DNA from: Actinomycetota bacterium
GTDB lineage: Bacteria > Actinomycetota > UBA4738 > HRBIN12
Length of the DNA stretch: 64,000 bases
Assembly (NCBI GenBank): GCA_035288045.1
Contig: DATEBA010000023.1
Coordinates: 3,356 to 67,355, forward strand
Reading direction: 5' to 3'
In this document: piece by piece, positions 9,921 through 19,278 of the stretch
Layout: every line of letters starts with the position of its first letter
Numbering within the stretch: position 1 is the first letter of the stretch
Program-made: the position numbers and the translations under genes
The notes under the pieces: generated by a model
The model's database searches: none
Told to the model about the DNA's origin: nothing
What the model saw: only the letters and a program-made list of their open reading frames with translations

Positions 9921-10739
9921 GTGGCAACCTTCGAGGGCTCCGAGGCGACGCTGCACTACGAGCAGTTCGGCGAGGGACCCGACATCGTGTGGGTCTCCGG
10001 TGGCGGCGGCCTGGGGAGCGATTGGCACCGCTACCAGATCCCGCATTTCGAACGGAGCTTTCGGAACACGACCTTCGACAACCGAGGGATCGGGAAGACG
10101 ACGTGCGACGCACCGCTTCCCTGGCCCGTCGAGGCGTTCGCGCGCGACACGGCGGAGCTGATCGAGGCGGTCTGCGACCCGCCGGTCGCGCTCGTCGGCC
10201 TCTCGATGGGGGCCCTGATCGCCCAGGAGGTCTGTCTGGACTTCCCCGACCTCGTCCGCTGCGCCGTCGTGACGGGCACGGGCGCGAACAGCGTCGGCTG
10301 GGGGTGGGACTACCAGCTGGCCGAGATCGACTTCAGGAAGGCGGGCGCCCGCCTCGATGGCATGATGGGCGTGACGCATTACGCAGCGATGCTGTATCCC
10401 GCGCGCGTGCTCGGCAACCCGGAGCTGTGGCCGAGGATCCGGGCGGAGCTCTTGGAGTGGATGGAGTCAGGCGAGAACGAGTCTTCGCTCATCCCCCAGT
10501 GGGACATGTGCCTGCGGTTCGACCAGACCGAGCGCCTGCCGCAGTGCCGGGTCCCGATGCACGTGATCGCCGGGGCCGAGGACGTGCAGGCGCCGCCACA
10601 GGACGCCAAGCTGGTGGCCGACCTGGTGCCCGGCGCCGAGTACCACCTCTTCGAGGGCATGGGGCACTGCTCGCTCTACGGTCACACGCACGATGTTCTG
10701 AACCCGTTCATCGAAGAGCTGATCCGCCGCTACCTTTGA
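9921..10739 (+). CDS. alpha/beta-fold hydrolase
   Basis: ORF 272 aa with GTG start. GLSMGA nucleophile elbow and C-terminal GHCSLYGH. Confidence 0.7.
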   Translation: MATFEGSEATLHYEQFGEGPDIVWVSGGGGLGSDWHRYQIPHFERSFRNTTFDNRGIGKTTCDAPLPWPVEAFARDTAELIEAVCDPPVALVGLSMGALIAQEVCLDFPDLVRCAVVTGTGANSVGWGWDYQLAEIDFRKAGARLDGMMGVTHYAAMLYPARVLGNPELWPRIRAELLEWMESGENESSLIPQWDMCLRFDQTERLPQCRVPMHVIAGAEDVQAPPQDAKLVADLVPGAEYHLFEGMGHCSLYGHTHDVLNPFIEELIRRYL

Positions 10740-10760
10740 CGGCGCGAGATATCTGTTCCG

Positions 10761-12119
10761 TCACATGTGGGAGATGAGCTGTTCGACTCGTTCGTCGACC
10801 GACCTGAACGGGTCCTTGCAGAGCACGGTGCGCTGCGCCTGGTCGTTCAGCTTGAGGTGGACCCAGTCGACCGTGTAGTCGCGCCGCTTCTGCTTGGCCA
10901 TCTTGATGAAGTCCCCCCGGAGCTTCGCGCGCGTGGTCTGGGGCGGCTCGCGCATCGCGGCCGAGATCTGGGCCTCGGTGCAGACGCGCTCGCTCCTTCC
11001 CGCCCTCTCCATCAGGTAGTAGAGGCCGCGACTCCGGTTGACATCGTGGTACGCGAGATCGAGGAGCGCCACCTTGGGGCTCGAGAGCGGGATCGAGTGC
11101 TTCGTCCGATACCGCTCGATCATCGCTTGCTTGGTCACCCAGTCGACCTTGCCAACCAGCCGCTCCGGCCTCTCCTCTATCAGCGCGTCCAGCGCCTCCC
11201 GCCACTCCTCGAGCAGCTGTTTCGAGGTCGGATCGGTCCCATGATGCTCGAGGAACCGGGAGGTCTTGTCGAAATACTCCTCCTGGACGTCGATCGCTGT
11301 GAGCTCGCGTCCGTTCGCGAGCTTCACGCGCTTGCGGCAGGACACGTCGTGGGAGATCTCGCGGATCGCTCGGATTGGGTTCTCCAGGGTCAGATCGCGC
11401 ATCACCGTGTTCGCCTCGACCATCCGCAGGACGAGGTCGGTGATCCCGACCTTCATGAAGGCGGTCCACTCGTTCATGTTCGAGTCACCCACTATGACGT
11501 GGAGGCGGCGGAACCGTTCGGCGTCGGCGTGCGGTTCATCGCGGGTGTTGATGATCGGGCGCGACCGCGTCGTCGCGCTGGAAACACCCTCCCAGATGTG
11601 CTCGGCGCGCTGCGCTATGCAGTACTGTGCCCCGCGCGGCCCATGGAGCACCTTTCCCGCCCCGCAGTAGATCTGCCGAGTCACGAAGAACGGGATGAGG
11701 ACGTCGGCCATCCGAGCGAACTCGCCCTGGCGAGCCACGAGGTAGTTCTCGTGGCAGCCGTAGGAGTTCCCGGCCGAGTCGGTGTTGTTCTTGAACAGGT
11801 AGACCTGCCCGGAGATGCCCTCCTCGTGCAGGCGAACCTCCGCCGCCGAAAGGAGCGCCTCGAGGATCCGCTCCCCCGCCTTGTCGTGAGCTACCAGGTC
11901 GGCGATCGTGTCGCACTCCGGCGTCGCGTACTCGGGGTGAGAGCCGACGTCGAGGTACAGCCGGGCGCCGTTCTCGAGGAAGACGTTCGAGGAGCGGCCC
12001 CAGTGCACCACCCGGCGGAACAGGTACCGCGCGACCTCATCCGGGGAGAGCCGGCGCTGCCCGCGGAAGGTGCAGGTCACGCCGTACTCGTTCTCGAGAC
12101 CGAAGATGCGCCGGTCCAC
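10761..12119 (-). CDS. pafA: Pup--protein ligase PafA
   Basis: ORF 452 aa. [38 protein letters not shown] is near-identical in pattern to the mycobacterial PafA N-terminus. Carboxylate-amine ligase fold motifs are present. Confidence 0.9.
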   Translation of the reverse strand: MDRRIFGLENEYGVTCTFRGQRRLSPDEVARYLFRRVVHWGRSSNVFLENGARLYLDVGSHPEYATPECDTIADLVAHDKAGERILEALLSAAEVRLHEEGISGQVYLFKNNTDSAGNSYGCHENYLVARQGEFARMADVLIPFFVTRQIYCGAGKVLHGPRGAQYCIAQRAEHIWEGVSSATTRSRPIINTRDEPHADAERFRRLHVIVGDSNMNEWTAFMKVGITDLVLRMVEANTVMRDLTLENPIRAIREISHDVSCRKRVKLANGRELTAIDVQEEYFDKTSRFLEHHGTDPTSKQLLEEWREALDALIEERPERLVGKVDWVTKQAMIERYRTKHSIPLSSPKVALLDLAYHDVNRSRGLYYLMERAGRSERVCTEAQISAAMREPPQTTRAKLRGDFIKMAKQKRRDYTVDWVHLKLNDQAQRTVLCKDPFRSVDERVEQLISHM

Positions 12120-12141
12120 GCAGGCCAGTCTAGGCCCGTGG

Positions 12142-12831
12142 CTACCCGTTGGAGAGGATGTTCGCTACCTCGGCGGCGTCGAGGCGGTGAAACTTGCGGC
12201 GGCCCTTCGCCGTGCGGTCGAGGATCCCAGCCTCGATCTGCGTAGCCTCGATCTGGCGGCTCTCGACCGTGGAGAGCGCCTTCACGGAGCTACCGACGGC
12301 CGTCGGCAGGTCCCATCCGGCCTCCCAGGCGCCCTTGAGCGCGTTGCCGAGATCCTCCGCCTTGCCTCCCATGGCGACGAAGTGGTCCTCGTCCGTGACG
12401 CTCCCGTCGAACAGGATGTGGTACATCGCGTTCCCCTCGGGCTCCTCGCCGATCTCGGCCACGAGGAGCTCCACCTCGTAGGGCTTCATCTGTTGCGTGA
12501 AGATCGTGGAGAGCGTCTGCGAGTACGCGTTCGCGAGGTCGCGCGCCTTCACGTCCTCGCGACCGTAGGAATAGCCGCGGAGGTCCGCGTGTCGCACGCC
12601 GGCGATCCGCAGATCCTCGAACTCGCTGTACTTGCCGACGCCGGCGAACGCGATCCGATCGTAGACCTCGGAGATCTTGTGAAGCGTGACGGAGGGGTTC
12701 TCCGCGACGAACAGGATCCCGTCGACGCACTCGACCGCAACGACCGACTTCCCTCGCGCTATGCCCTTGTGCGCGTAGTCGGAGCGGTCCTTCATGAGCT
12801 GCTCGGGCGGCACGTACGGCATGAAGGACAC
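12142..12831 (-). CDS. prcA: proteasome alpha subunit
   Basis: ORF 229 aa. [33 protein letters not shown]...[11 protein letters not shown] matches actinobacterial PrcA. Confidence 0.9.
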   Translation of the reverse strand: MSFMPYVPPEQLMKDRSDYAHKGIARGKSVVAVECVDGILFVAENPSVTLHKISEVYDRIAFAGVGKYSEFEDLRIAGVRHADLRGYSYGREDVKARDLANAYSQTLSTIFTQQMKPYEVELLVAEIGEEPEGNAMYHILFDGSVTDEDHFVAMGGKAEDLGNALKGAWEAGWDLPTAVGSSVKALSTVESRQIEATQIEAGILDRTAKGRRKFHRLDAAEVANILSNG

Positions 12832-13631
12832 TAGGCCCGCCCCCCGAGGACGGCCTCGTAGGCCGTCTTCACCTCGTCCTCCGGCACCCCGCTCACGCCC
12901 TCGGAGGCGATCGCCAAGACCGTCGGGTAGATGCCGCGTGCCGCGTCTGGCCCGCCGGTCGCGACGTCCTCCTCGCTCGCGTCTACGAGCGCCTCGACGG
13001 CAACGCGGACCGCCTCGTCCGGCGCGAGGCCGGGACGCCAGCGCTTCTTGAGCGAGCTCTTCGCGGGCCGGCCACCCGAGCCGGTCGCGTGGTAGTCCTC
13101 CTCCTCCCAGCGACCGCCGGTGGCGTCGTAGTAGAAGAGGCGGCCTTCGGCCCGTCGCTCGTCGAACCCGCCGAAGAGCGGAACAACGACGAGTCCCTGC
13201 AGCGCCAGCGGGAAGTTCCCCCGGATCATCTGTGCGAGGCGATTCGCCTTTCCCTCCAAGGACAGGCGATCACCGGTGATCTTCTCGTAGTGCTCGAGCT
13301 CGAGCTGGAAGAGCTTGACGATCTCGACGGCCTGGCCGGCCGCCCCCGCTATCGCGATCGCCGAGTACTCGTCGGCCGCGAAGACCTTCTCGATCCGGTC
13401 GTCGGCTATCGAGTAGCCCTCGGTCGCGCGCCGGTCCCCAGCCATCACGACGCCGCCGCCGAACTTGAGCCCGAGCACGGTCGTGCCGTGGGCCGCCGGA
13501 ACCTCCCCCTCCGGCTGGCGCGGTACCGGCGCGGCCTCCGGCCGAACGGACATCACGAGATCGAAGAAGCTGGGGTTGGCACCGATCGGGCGGCCTGGGG
13601 GGAGGGGGGGCTCGGGGACGTCGCCCCTCAT
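12831..13631 (-). CDS. prcB: proteasome beta subunit (with propeptide)
   Basis: ORF 266 aa. Propeptide, then the HGTTVLGLKF active-site Thr1 context. GDRRATEG and GSGG motifs are present. Confidence 0.9.
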   Translation of the reverse strand: MRGDVPEPPLPPGRPIGANPSFFDLVMSVRPEAAPVPRQPEGEVPAAHGTTVLGLKFGGGVVMAGDRRATEGYSIADDRIEKVFAADEYSAIAIAGAAGQAVEIVKLFQLELEHYEKITGDRLSLEGKANRLAQMIRGNFPLALQGLVVVPLFGGFDERRAEGRLFYYDATGGRWEEEDYHATGSGGRPAKSSLKKRWRPGLAPDEAVRVAVEALVDASEEDVATGGPDAARGIYPTVLAIASEGVSGVPEDEVKTAYEAVLGGRA

Positions 13632-13834
13632 TCGCCGCCCTTCTGGACGTAGCTCTTCACGAACTCCTCGGCGTTCTCCTCGAGGACCGAATCGATCTCG
13701 TCGAGGATCTCGTCCATCTCCTCCTTCAGCTTCTCGCCCTTGGAGGTGGTCTGGACCTCGCCCGCGTCGCTCTCCGCGGCGCCTTCGCCGCCGCCCTTCT
13801 TCTGTGTCCGCTTCTGCTCCTGCTCCTGCGGCAT
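13628..13834 (-). CDS. pup: prokaryotic ubiquitin-like protein Pup (C-terminal GGE)
   Basis: Internal start M11 of ORF 13628..13864, with a GGAGG RBS 6 nt upstream. MPQEQEQKR...DEILDEIDSVLEENAEEFVKSYVQKGGE is the classic Pup pattern. Ends in GGE rather than GGQ. Confidence 0.85.
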   Translation of the reverse strand: MPQEQEQKRTQKKGGGEGAAESDAGEVQTTSKGEKLKEEMDEILDEIDSVLEENAEEFVKSYVQKGGE

Positions 13835-13908
13835 CTCGCTCCTCCCGCGGCCCCAGAGGCTCATTCTAGCGAGCCGTCCCCCTCACAGGGGACATCGGCT
13901 CGTCCGGC

Positions 13909-15393
13909 TCACTCCTGGAGCAGCCGGATCAGGTCCGCCGGGTCGCTCGCAGCCTCGAGGAGGCCCTCGACGTGTGCCCGCGTGCCCCGCAGGGGTTCCC
14001 GCATCGGCACACGCTGGAGTGCGTCCTCGCCCGTGTCGAATATGAGCGAATCCCAGGACGCCGCCGAGATCGCGTCGTGGAACTTCGCGATGCAGCGGCC
14101 GCGGAAGAACGCCCGCGTGTCCTCGGGCGGGCTCATCACGGCCGCCTCGACCTCGTCGTCCGTCACGAGCCGCTCCACCTTCCCAGCAGCCTCGAGACGG
14201 TAGTAGAGGCCCTTGTCACGCCGGACGTCGTGGTACTGGAGGTCGACGAGGCGGAGCTTGGGGTCGTTCCACTCGACGCCGTCGCGCTCCCGGTAGCCCT
14301 CCAGCAGCCGGTGCTTCGCGACCCAGTCGAGCTCGCGGTGGAGCGAGAGCGGGTCGTCCTCCAGCGCCGCGAGCGTCCGCTCCCATCGCTCGAGGACCAT
14401 CTGATTGTCCGGTGTGTCGTCCTGCTGCTCCACGTACTTCTTGGCGTGCTCGAGGTACTCCCACTGGACCTGGATCGCCGAAAGGCGTCGCCCGTCGGCG
14501 AGTGGCACCTCGACGGTACACGTAACGTCGCGCGAGATCTCGTGGAGCGCCGCGATCGCATTGGCGAGCGACAAGTCGGGCAGGAACTCGTCCTCGATCA
14601 TCTTGAGGACGAGCGCCGTCGAGCCGAGCTTCAGGTAGGTCGCGACCTCGCACATGTTGGCGTCGCCGATGATCACGTGGAGCCTCCGGTACTTGTCCGG
14701 ATCGGCGTGCGGCTCGTCGCGGGTGTTGACGATCGGTCGCTTGAGCGTGGTCTCCAGTCCGACCTCGGCCTCGAAGAAGTCCGCTCGCTGCGTGAGCTGG
14801 TAGAAGATCCGGCCGCGCTCGTCCCACGGCGCCTCCGCCCCGAGCTTCCCGGCGCCCGTGAACACCTGCCGCGACACGAGGAACGGCGTGAGATCGCGCA
14901 CTATCTGGCCGAACGGGGTCAGCCGGTCCATCAGGTAGTTCTCGTGCGTGCCGTACGAGTTCCCCTTGCCGTCGGAGTTATTCTTGTAGATCGCCAGGCG
15001 CTCCCCCGGTGGAAGGATCCGGTGGAGCTCGTCCAGCGAGCGCTCCAGCACGCGCTCCCCGGCCTTGTCGTGGATCACGAGCTCCCGCGCCGAGGAGCAC
15101 TCGGGCGTCGAGTACTCCGGGTGCGCGTGGTCGACGTAATAGCGCGCGCCGTTAGGGAGGATCACATTGGCGAGGCCGAGGTCCTCCTCGGATGGTTCGC
15201 GAACTTGTACCGGCTCGAAACCGCGGGCGTCCCGCAGCGGCGACTCCTGCTCGTAGTCCCAGCGGATCTTCCGCAGGGCGCCGGCGTACGTGCTGATGAG
15301 CAGCGAGGAGGAAAGCACCGGGTTGAACTCAGGCGACCCGACCGCCGCGATGCCGTACTCGGTCTCGGTGCCGATGACCTTCGGGATCCCCAT
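13909..15393 (-). CDS. dop: depupylase/deamidase Dop
   Basis: ORF 494 aa. VIGTETEYGIAA...YVDHAHPEYSTPEC...NTRDEPHAD...RRLHVIIGDANM is PafA-paralog architecture. Position between arc and pup is typical of Dop. Confidence 0.9.
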   Translation of the reverse strand: MGIPKVIGTETEYGIAAVGSPEFNPVLSSSLLISTYAGALRKIRWDYEQESPLRDARGFEPVQVREPSEEDLGLANVILPNGARYYVDHAHPEYSTPECSSARELVIHDKAGERVLERSLDELHRILPPGERLAIYKNNSDGKGNSYGTHENYLMDRLTPFGQIVRDLTPFLVSRQVFTGAGKLGAEAPWDERGRIFYQLTQRADFFEAEVGLETTLKRPIVNTRDEPHADPDKYRRLHVIIGDANMCEVATYLKLGSTALVLKMIEDEFLPDLSLANAIAALHEISRDVTCTVEVPLADGRRLSAIQVQWEYLEHAKKYVEQQDDTPDNQMVLERWERTLAALEDDPLSLHRELDWVAKHRLLEGYRERDGVEWNDPKLRLVDLQYHDVRRDKGLYYRLEAAGKVERLVTDDEVEAAVMSPPEDTRAFFRGRCIAKFHDAISAASWDSLIFDTGEDALQRVPMREPLRGTRAHVEGLLEAASDPADLIRLLQE

Positions 15394-15402
15394 GCCGGAA
15401 GG

Positions 15403-17151
15403 CTACAGGTACTGGCCGGCGTTGACGCGCTCGACCTGCCGCCCCTCCTCCCCGCCGTCGCCGAGGAGCGTCCGAACGTAGACGATTCGCTCGCCCTTCT
15501 TCCCGGAGATGCGGGCCCAGTCGTCCGGGTTCGTGGTGTTTGGCAGGTCCTCGTTCTCCTTGAACTCGCGGCGGATCGCCGTCAGGAGATCTTCTTGCTT
15601 GATGCCCTTCTCGCCGGTCGAGAGGAAGCGCTTTATCGCGTCCTTCTTGGCACGGCGGACGATGTTCTCGATCATCGCGCCGGAGTTGAAGTCCCTGAAG
15701 AACAGGATCTCCTTGTCGCCGGACGCGTACGTCACCTCGAGGAACCGATTCTCCTCGCTCTCCGCGTACATCTTTTCCACCGTGCGCTCGATCATCCTGC
15801 GGGTCGTGACGGCAACGTCGCCGCCTGCCCTGTCCACGTCATCCGGATGGATCGGCACCGATGGGTGCAGGTACTTCGACATGATGTCCGCGGCCTGGGG
15901 TCCGTCGGGTCGCTCGATCTTGATCTTCACGTCGAGACGGCCCGGCCGCAGGATCGCCGGGTCGATCAGGTCCTCGCGGTTGGAGGCGCCTATCACGATC
16001 ACGTTCTTCAGCGTCTCGACGCCGTCGAGCTCGGAGAGCAGCTGCGGGACGATCGTGCTCTCGACGTCGGACGAGATGCCGGTCCCGCGCGTGCGGAATA
16101 TCGAATCCATCTCGTCGAAAAAGACGATCACCGGGAGACCTTCCTCCGACCGCTCCTTCGCGCGCTGGAAGATCTGCCGGATCTGCCGCTCGGTCTCCCC
16201 GACGTACTTGTTGAGGAGCTCCGGGCCCTTGATGTTGAGGAAGTACGAGTGCGCGTCCTGCCGTCCGGTCCGCTCCTTCACCTTGTCCGCCAGCGATTTC
16301 GCGACGGCCTTCGCGATCAGCGTTTTGCCGCAACCAGGCGGGCCGTACAGGAGCACGCCCTTGGGCGGCTCGAGCTCGTGCTCGTGGAAGAGCTCCGCGT
16401 ACAGGAACGGCAGCTCGACGGCATCACGTATCTGCTCGATCTGACCCTCGAGGCCGCCGATGTCCTCGTAGGAGATGTCGGGAACCTCCTCCAGGACGAG
16501 CTCCTCCATCTCCTCCTTCGGGAGCTTCTCCAGCGCCACTCCCGAGCGCGGGTCGAGCAGGAGCGCGTCCCCGGCGCGAACGCTCTCATCACGCAGTTTC
16601 TTGGAGAGGATGGCTACAAGCTCCTCGTCGGCCCGGCCGAACACGATCACGCGATCGTCGCCTAGGCTCTCCTTCACCTTCACGACCTCGCCCTGGCGGT
16701 CGGGGTCCAGCGCCTCGACGACGTTCAGGGCCTCGTTCAAGACGACCTCCGTGCCCTTCGCGAGGCGCTCGACGTCGATCTCGGGCGCCACGTTCACGCG
16801 CATCTTCCGGCCGGAGGTGAAAACATCTACCGAGTCGTCATCGTTGCGACGGAGGAAGACGCCGAACGACGCCGGCGGCTTGCTCAGCTTCTCGACCTCG
16901 TCCTTGAGCGCCTCGATCTTGTCCCGCTCGGACCTGAGCGTCGCGACCAGCTTCTCGTTCTGCGACAGCGCGCGCGAGAGATCGGACTTGGTCTCGAGGA
17001 GCTTCTCCTCTAGGAGCTTCACCTGTCGAGGCGCGCTCGTGAGGCGTCGGCGAAGCAGCGCGACCTCGTCCTCGAGGAACTTGACCTGGGTCTGGAGCTC
17101 GTGGATCTGTTTCTCGTAAGCCTCACGCCGCTCGGGGTCGAGCTCCGGCAT
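15403..17151 (-). CDS. arc: proteasome-associated AAA ATPase ARC/Mpa
   Basis: ORF 582 aa. N-terminal coiled coil. GPPGCGKT Walker A, DEMD Walker B, C-terminal GQYL proteasome-docking motif. Confidence 0.9.
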   Translation of the reverse strand: MPELDPERREAYEKQIHELQTQVKFLEDEVALLRRRLTSAPRQVKLLEEKLLETKSDLSRALSQNEKLVATLRSERDKIEALKDEVEKLSKPPASFGVFLRRNDDDSVDVFTSGRKMRVNVAPEIDVERLAKGTEVVLNEALNVVEALDPDRQGEVVKVKESLGDDRVIVFGRADEELVAILSKKLRDESVRAGDALLLDPRSGVALEKLPKEEMEELVLEEVPDISYEDIGGLEGQIEQIRDAVELPFLYAELFHEHELEPPKGVLLYGPPGCGKTLIAKAVAKSLADKVKERTGRQDAHSYFLNIKGPELLNKYVGETERQIRQIFQRAKERSEEGLPVIVFFDEMDSIFRTRGTGISSDVESTIVPQLLSELDGVETLKNVIVIGASNREDLIDPAILRPGRLDVKIKIERPDGPQAADIMSKYLHPSVPIHPDDVDRAGGDVAVTTRRMIERTVEKMYAESEENRFLEVTYASGDKEILFFRDFNSGAMIENIVRRAKKDAIKRFLSTGEKGIKQEDLLTAIRREFKENEDLPNTTNPDDWARISGKKGERIVYVRTLLGDGGEEGRQVERVNAGQYL

Positions 17152-17159
17152 CGTGCACC

Positions 17160-17225
17160 TCCACCGCGGGGAGCCCAGTATATGCCAGGCCCTCTCGCAT
17201 CCAAGAACGCGGTTCTTAGATAGAT
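17160..17225 (-). promoter_or_regulatory. candidate arc-operon promoter with perfect palindrome AAGAACCGCGTTCTT overlapping the -35 region
   Basis: Minus-strand reading: ...AAGAACCGCGTTCTTGGATgcgagagggcctggcaTATACTgggctccccgcggtGGAGGtgcacgATG. Possible -35 TTGGAT, 17 nt, -10 TATACT, and a GGAGG RBS 6 nt before the arc start. The 6+3+6 palindrome is at ~17203-17217. Confidence 0.35.
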
Positions 17226-17280
17226 ACGTCGGCTGCGCGGGGCTCCGGCTTGCGCCCCGAATACCGTTAGTCAGTTCGGG

Positions 17281-18063
17281 TCAGCTATCGCCCCGCCGAG
17301 CCACCGTCAGGAACCCCGTATGCCCTACCATGCGGTGGTCCGGGCGTACGCTCCGACCGGAGACGTGCCAGCTACGGTGGAGCGTCTCGAACGTTTCGAC
17401 GTGGCGGAAACCGTTTTCCTCGAGGGCGAGAACGAGGGCCTGGACCTGGACCGTGGTCGGCAGGTAAGTACACAGCACCCCTCCCGGCTCCAGGACTGCC
17501 GCGGCGACCTCTAGGAGCCTCCACGGCTCGGGAAGGTCGAGTACGAGCCGGTCGAAGCGCTCGCCGGTGCCGGCGATCTCGTTCACATCGCCCTCGCGGA
17601 GGTCGAGCCACGCCGGGAGCTTGCCATGGAACTGCTCGATGTTGGCGATCGCGCGCTCGCGGTGCTCCGGGCGGATCTCGTAGGAGACCACTCGGCCCTC
17701 CGGGCCCGTCGCCCGGCAGAGCGCGATCGTGAGCGAGCCGGACCCGGTCCCGGCTTCGAGCACCCGCGCTCCCGGGAAGACGTCGGCCTCCACGAGTATC
17801 GCGCCGAGGTCCTTCGGGTAGACGACCTGAGCCCCCCGGGGCATCTTCAGGACGAAGTCGGACAGACGAGGTCGGTAGGCGACGAGCGCCATCCCGCCGC
17901 TGGTCTCGACTGTCGTTCCCTCCCCCCGTCCGATGAGCGCGCCGTGCGCAAGCGCGCCCCCGTGGGTGTGGAACGTCCCGCCGGACTGGAGCCGTACGAG
18001 GTACGTCCGACCGCGCCCGTCCACGAGGAGCGCGCGTTCACCGGGCTCGAAGGGCGCGCTCAC
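17281..18063 (-). CDS. trmI: tRNA (adenine58-N1)-methyltransferase TrmI
   Basis: GTG start at 18063, internal to ORF 17281..18219, overlapping the upstream gene's stop as GTGA. SAM-dependent methyltransferase motifs (VLEAGTGSGSLT, DLPEPW) are typical of TrmI/Gcd14. Confidence 0.75.
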   Translation of the reverse strand: MSAPFEPGERALLVDGRGRTYLVRLQSGGTFHTHGGALAHGALIGRGEGTTVETSGGMALVAYRPRLSDFVLKMPRGAQVVYPKDLGAILVEADVFPGARVLEAGTGSGSLTIALCRATGPEGRVVSYEIRPEHRERAIANIEQFHGKLPAWLDLREGDVNEIAGTGERFDRLVLDLPEPWRLLEVAAAVLEPGGVLCTYLPTTVQVQALVLALEENGFRHVETFETLHRSWHVSGRSVRPDHRMVGHTGFLTVARRGDS

Positions 18064-19241
18064 GGCATCGCGCCCCCGTAGATCTCCGCCGGGAGGACCT
18101 CCTCCGACAGCTCGACGGCCACCTCGCGGTCGGCGGGAGGCGGGCCCAGCCGCTCGCCGAGGATCTGCGCGCGCGCGCGACAGAACGCGCAGAACCGTCC
18201 GGTCGTCGGCTGGCCGCACCGCTCACACTCGCGCAGCTCGGCCCTCTCCTCGCTCCGGAACAAGGGGGCTCCGCGATCCAGGTAGCCCAGGAAGAACTGC
18301 GCCTTCGTTCCCGGGGACCCCGCCTCGAGCCCGTTCATGGCCCCCTTGTAGCGCAGCTGCGTGTTGCCCGCCACGAGCGGGCACTCCTCCACGACGTAGT
18401 CGATCCGTCGCAGGAACGCGTAGGCGGCCGTCTCGAGCTCCGAGAGACGGTGGAGCGGCTTCACCTTCCTGACCATCCCCTCCGCGGCCGGCAGAACCGG
18501 GAACTGCCGCGCGATGTACTCGGTCTGCCAACGGAGGGTGTTGCCGAGCAATGTCGCGGCTTCGTCGTCCAGGTTGTGGCCCGTAGCGACCACGTCGAAG
18601 CCGTGCTCGAGCGCCGCGCGGTTGAACACGTACCGCTTGGAGAGCCCGCACACGGCGCACGTCGAGCGCGAGCCCCTCCGCCCCGCCGTCGGCACGTCGA
18701 ACCCGTAGGCCTGCGCCAGGTCGACCTCGAGCAGGGTCGCGCGCCGGTCCTCGGCGAACCGCCTCGCGACCTCGGCCGACCCGTGTGAGTACTGCCCGAT
18801 CCCGAGGCCGAGGTAAAGGCCGGTCACCCGGTAGCCGAGGTTGAGCAGCACGTCCCAGAGCCCGAGCGAGTCCTTGCCCCCCGACACGGCGACGAGAACG
18901 CGATCCTCCGGCCCGAACATGGCGTAGGCCTTGATCGCCCTCTTCACCTGCTCGCGGACGTGATGCAGGAAGCAGCCACGGCAGAAGGCCGCGTTGTGGC
19001 GGCGGATCTCGACCACCGCGGCACCGCCGCACCGCCTGCACTTGATCGCGCCGCCGGAGATCACCGGACGGATCTCGACGAGATCGCCCTCCGTCACGTG
19101 GTCCTCGCGCATCAGCAGCTCGCGGTCTCGGATCACCAGCACCGTGTCCGGATCGAGGTCGAGCTCGCGGAGGATGTCGCGGACCTTGCGATTGCCGGAG
19201 GTCTCCACCTCGCGGTCGGGGTTGCGCAGCTTGACCTTCAC
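18060..19241 (-). CDS. ttuA: tRNA 2-thiolation protein TtuA-like (PP-loop ATPase with N- and C-terminal zinc fingers) with an N-terminal ThiS/MoaD-like beta-grasp domain ending in GG
   Basis: ORF 393 aa. Residues 1-64 MKVKLRNPDREVETSGNRKVRDILRELDL...GDLVEIRPVISGG have the ThiS/MoaD sulfur-carrier signature and terminal Gly-Gly. They are followed directly by CRRCGG...FCRGC, the VLVAVSGGKDSLGLWDVL PP-loop, CAVCGLSKR, VVATGHNLDDEAA and the C-terminal RECERCGQPTTGRFCAFCR. The TtuA part closely parallels the sequence I recall for Thermus TtuA. Confidence 0.75.
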   Translation of the reverse strand: MKVKLRNPDREVETSGNRKVRDILRELDLDPDTVLVIRDRELLMREDHVTEGDLVEIRPVISGGAIKCRRCGGAAVVEIRRHNAAFCRGCFLHHVREQVKRAIKAYAMFGPEDRVLVAVSGGKDSLGLWDVLLNLGYRVTGLYLGLGIGQYSHGSAEVARRFAEDRRATLLEVDLAQAYGFDVPTAGRRGSRSTCAVCGLSKRYVFNRAALEHGFDVVATGHNLDDEAATLLGNTLRWQTEYIARQFPVLPAAEGMVRKVKPLHRLSELETAAYAFLRRIDYVVEECPLVAGNTQLRYKGAMNGLEAGSPGTKAQFFLGYLDRGAPLFRSEERAELRECERCGQPTTGRFCAFCRARAQILGERLGPPPADREVAVELSEEVLPAEIYGGAMP

Positions 19242-19278
19242 TAGGTCACAGGCTAGCGCACGCGACGGTACGGGGTCG

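Noticed and set aside
10030-10060. LexA SOS box (TCGAAC-N4-GTTCGA)
   Set aside because: A TCGAAC half-site occurs inside the hydrolase CDS, but there is no paired GTTCGA and it is not in a promoter position. No convincing SOS box was found upstream of uvrA, uvrB or uvrC.
13972-16665. 897-aa plus-strand ORF, plus similar long antisense ORFs (10767..12245, 3173..4531, 3438..4700, 25402..27537, 53857..56601, 62423..63685)
   Set aside because: They lie antisense to well-supported genes (dop/arc, pafA, uvrB, amidohydrolase, rpsA), are Arg/Pro/Gly-rich with no motifs, and are the expected stop-free antisense frames of a 70% GC genome.
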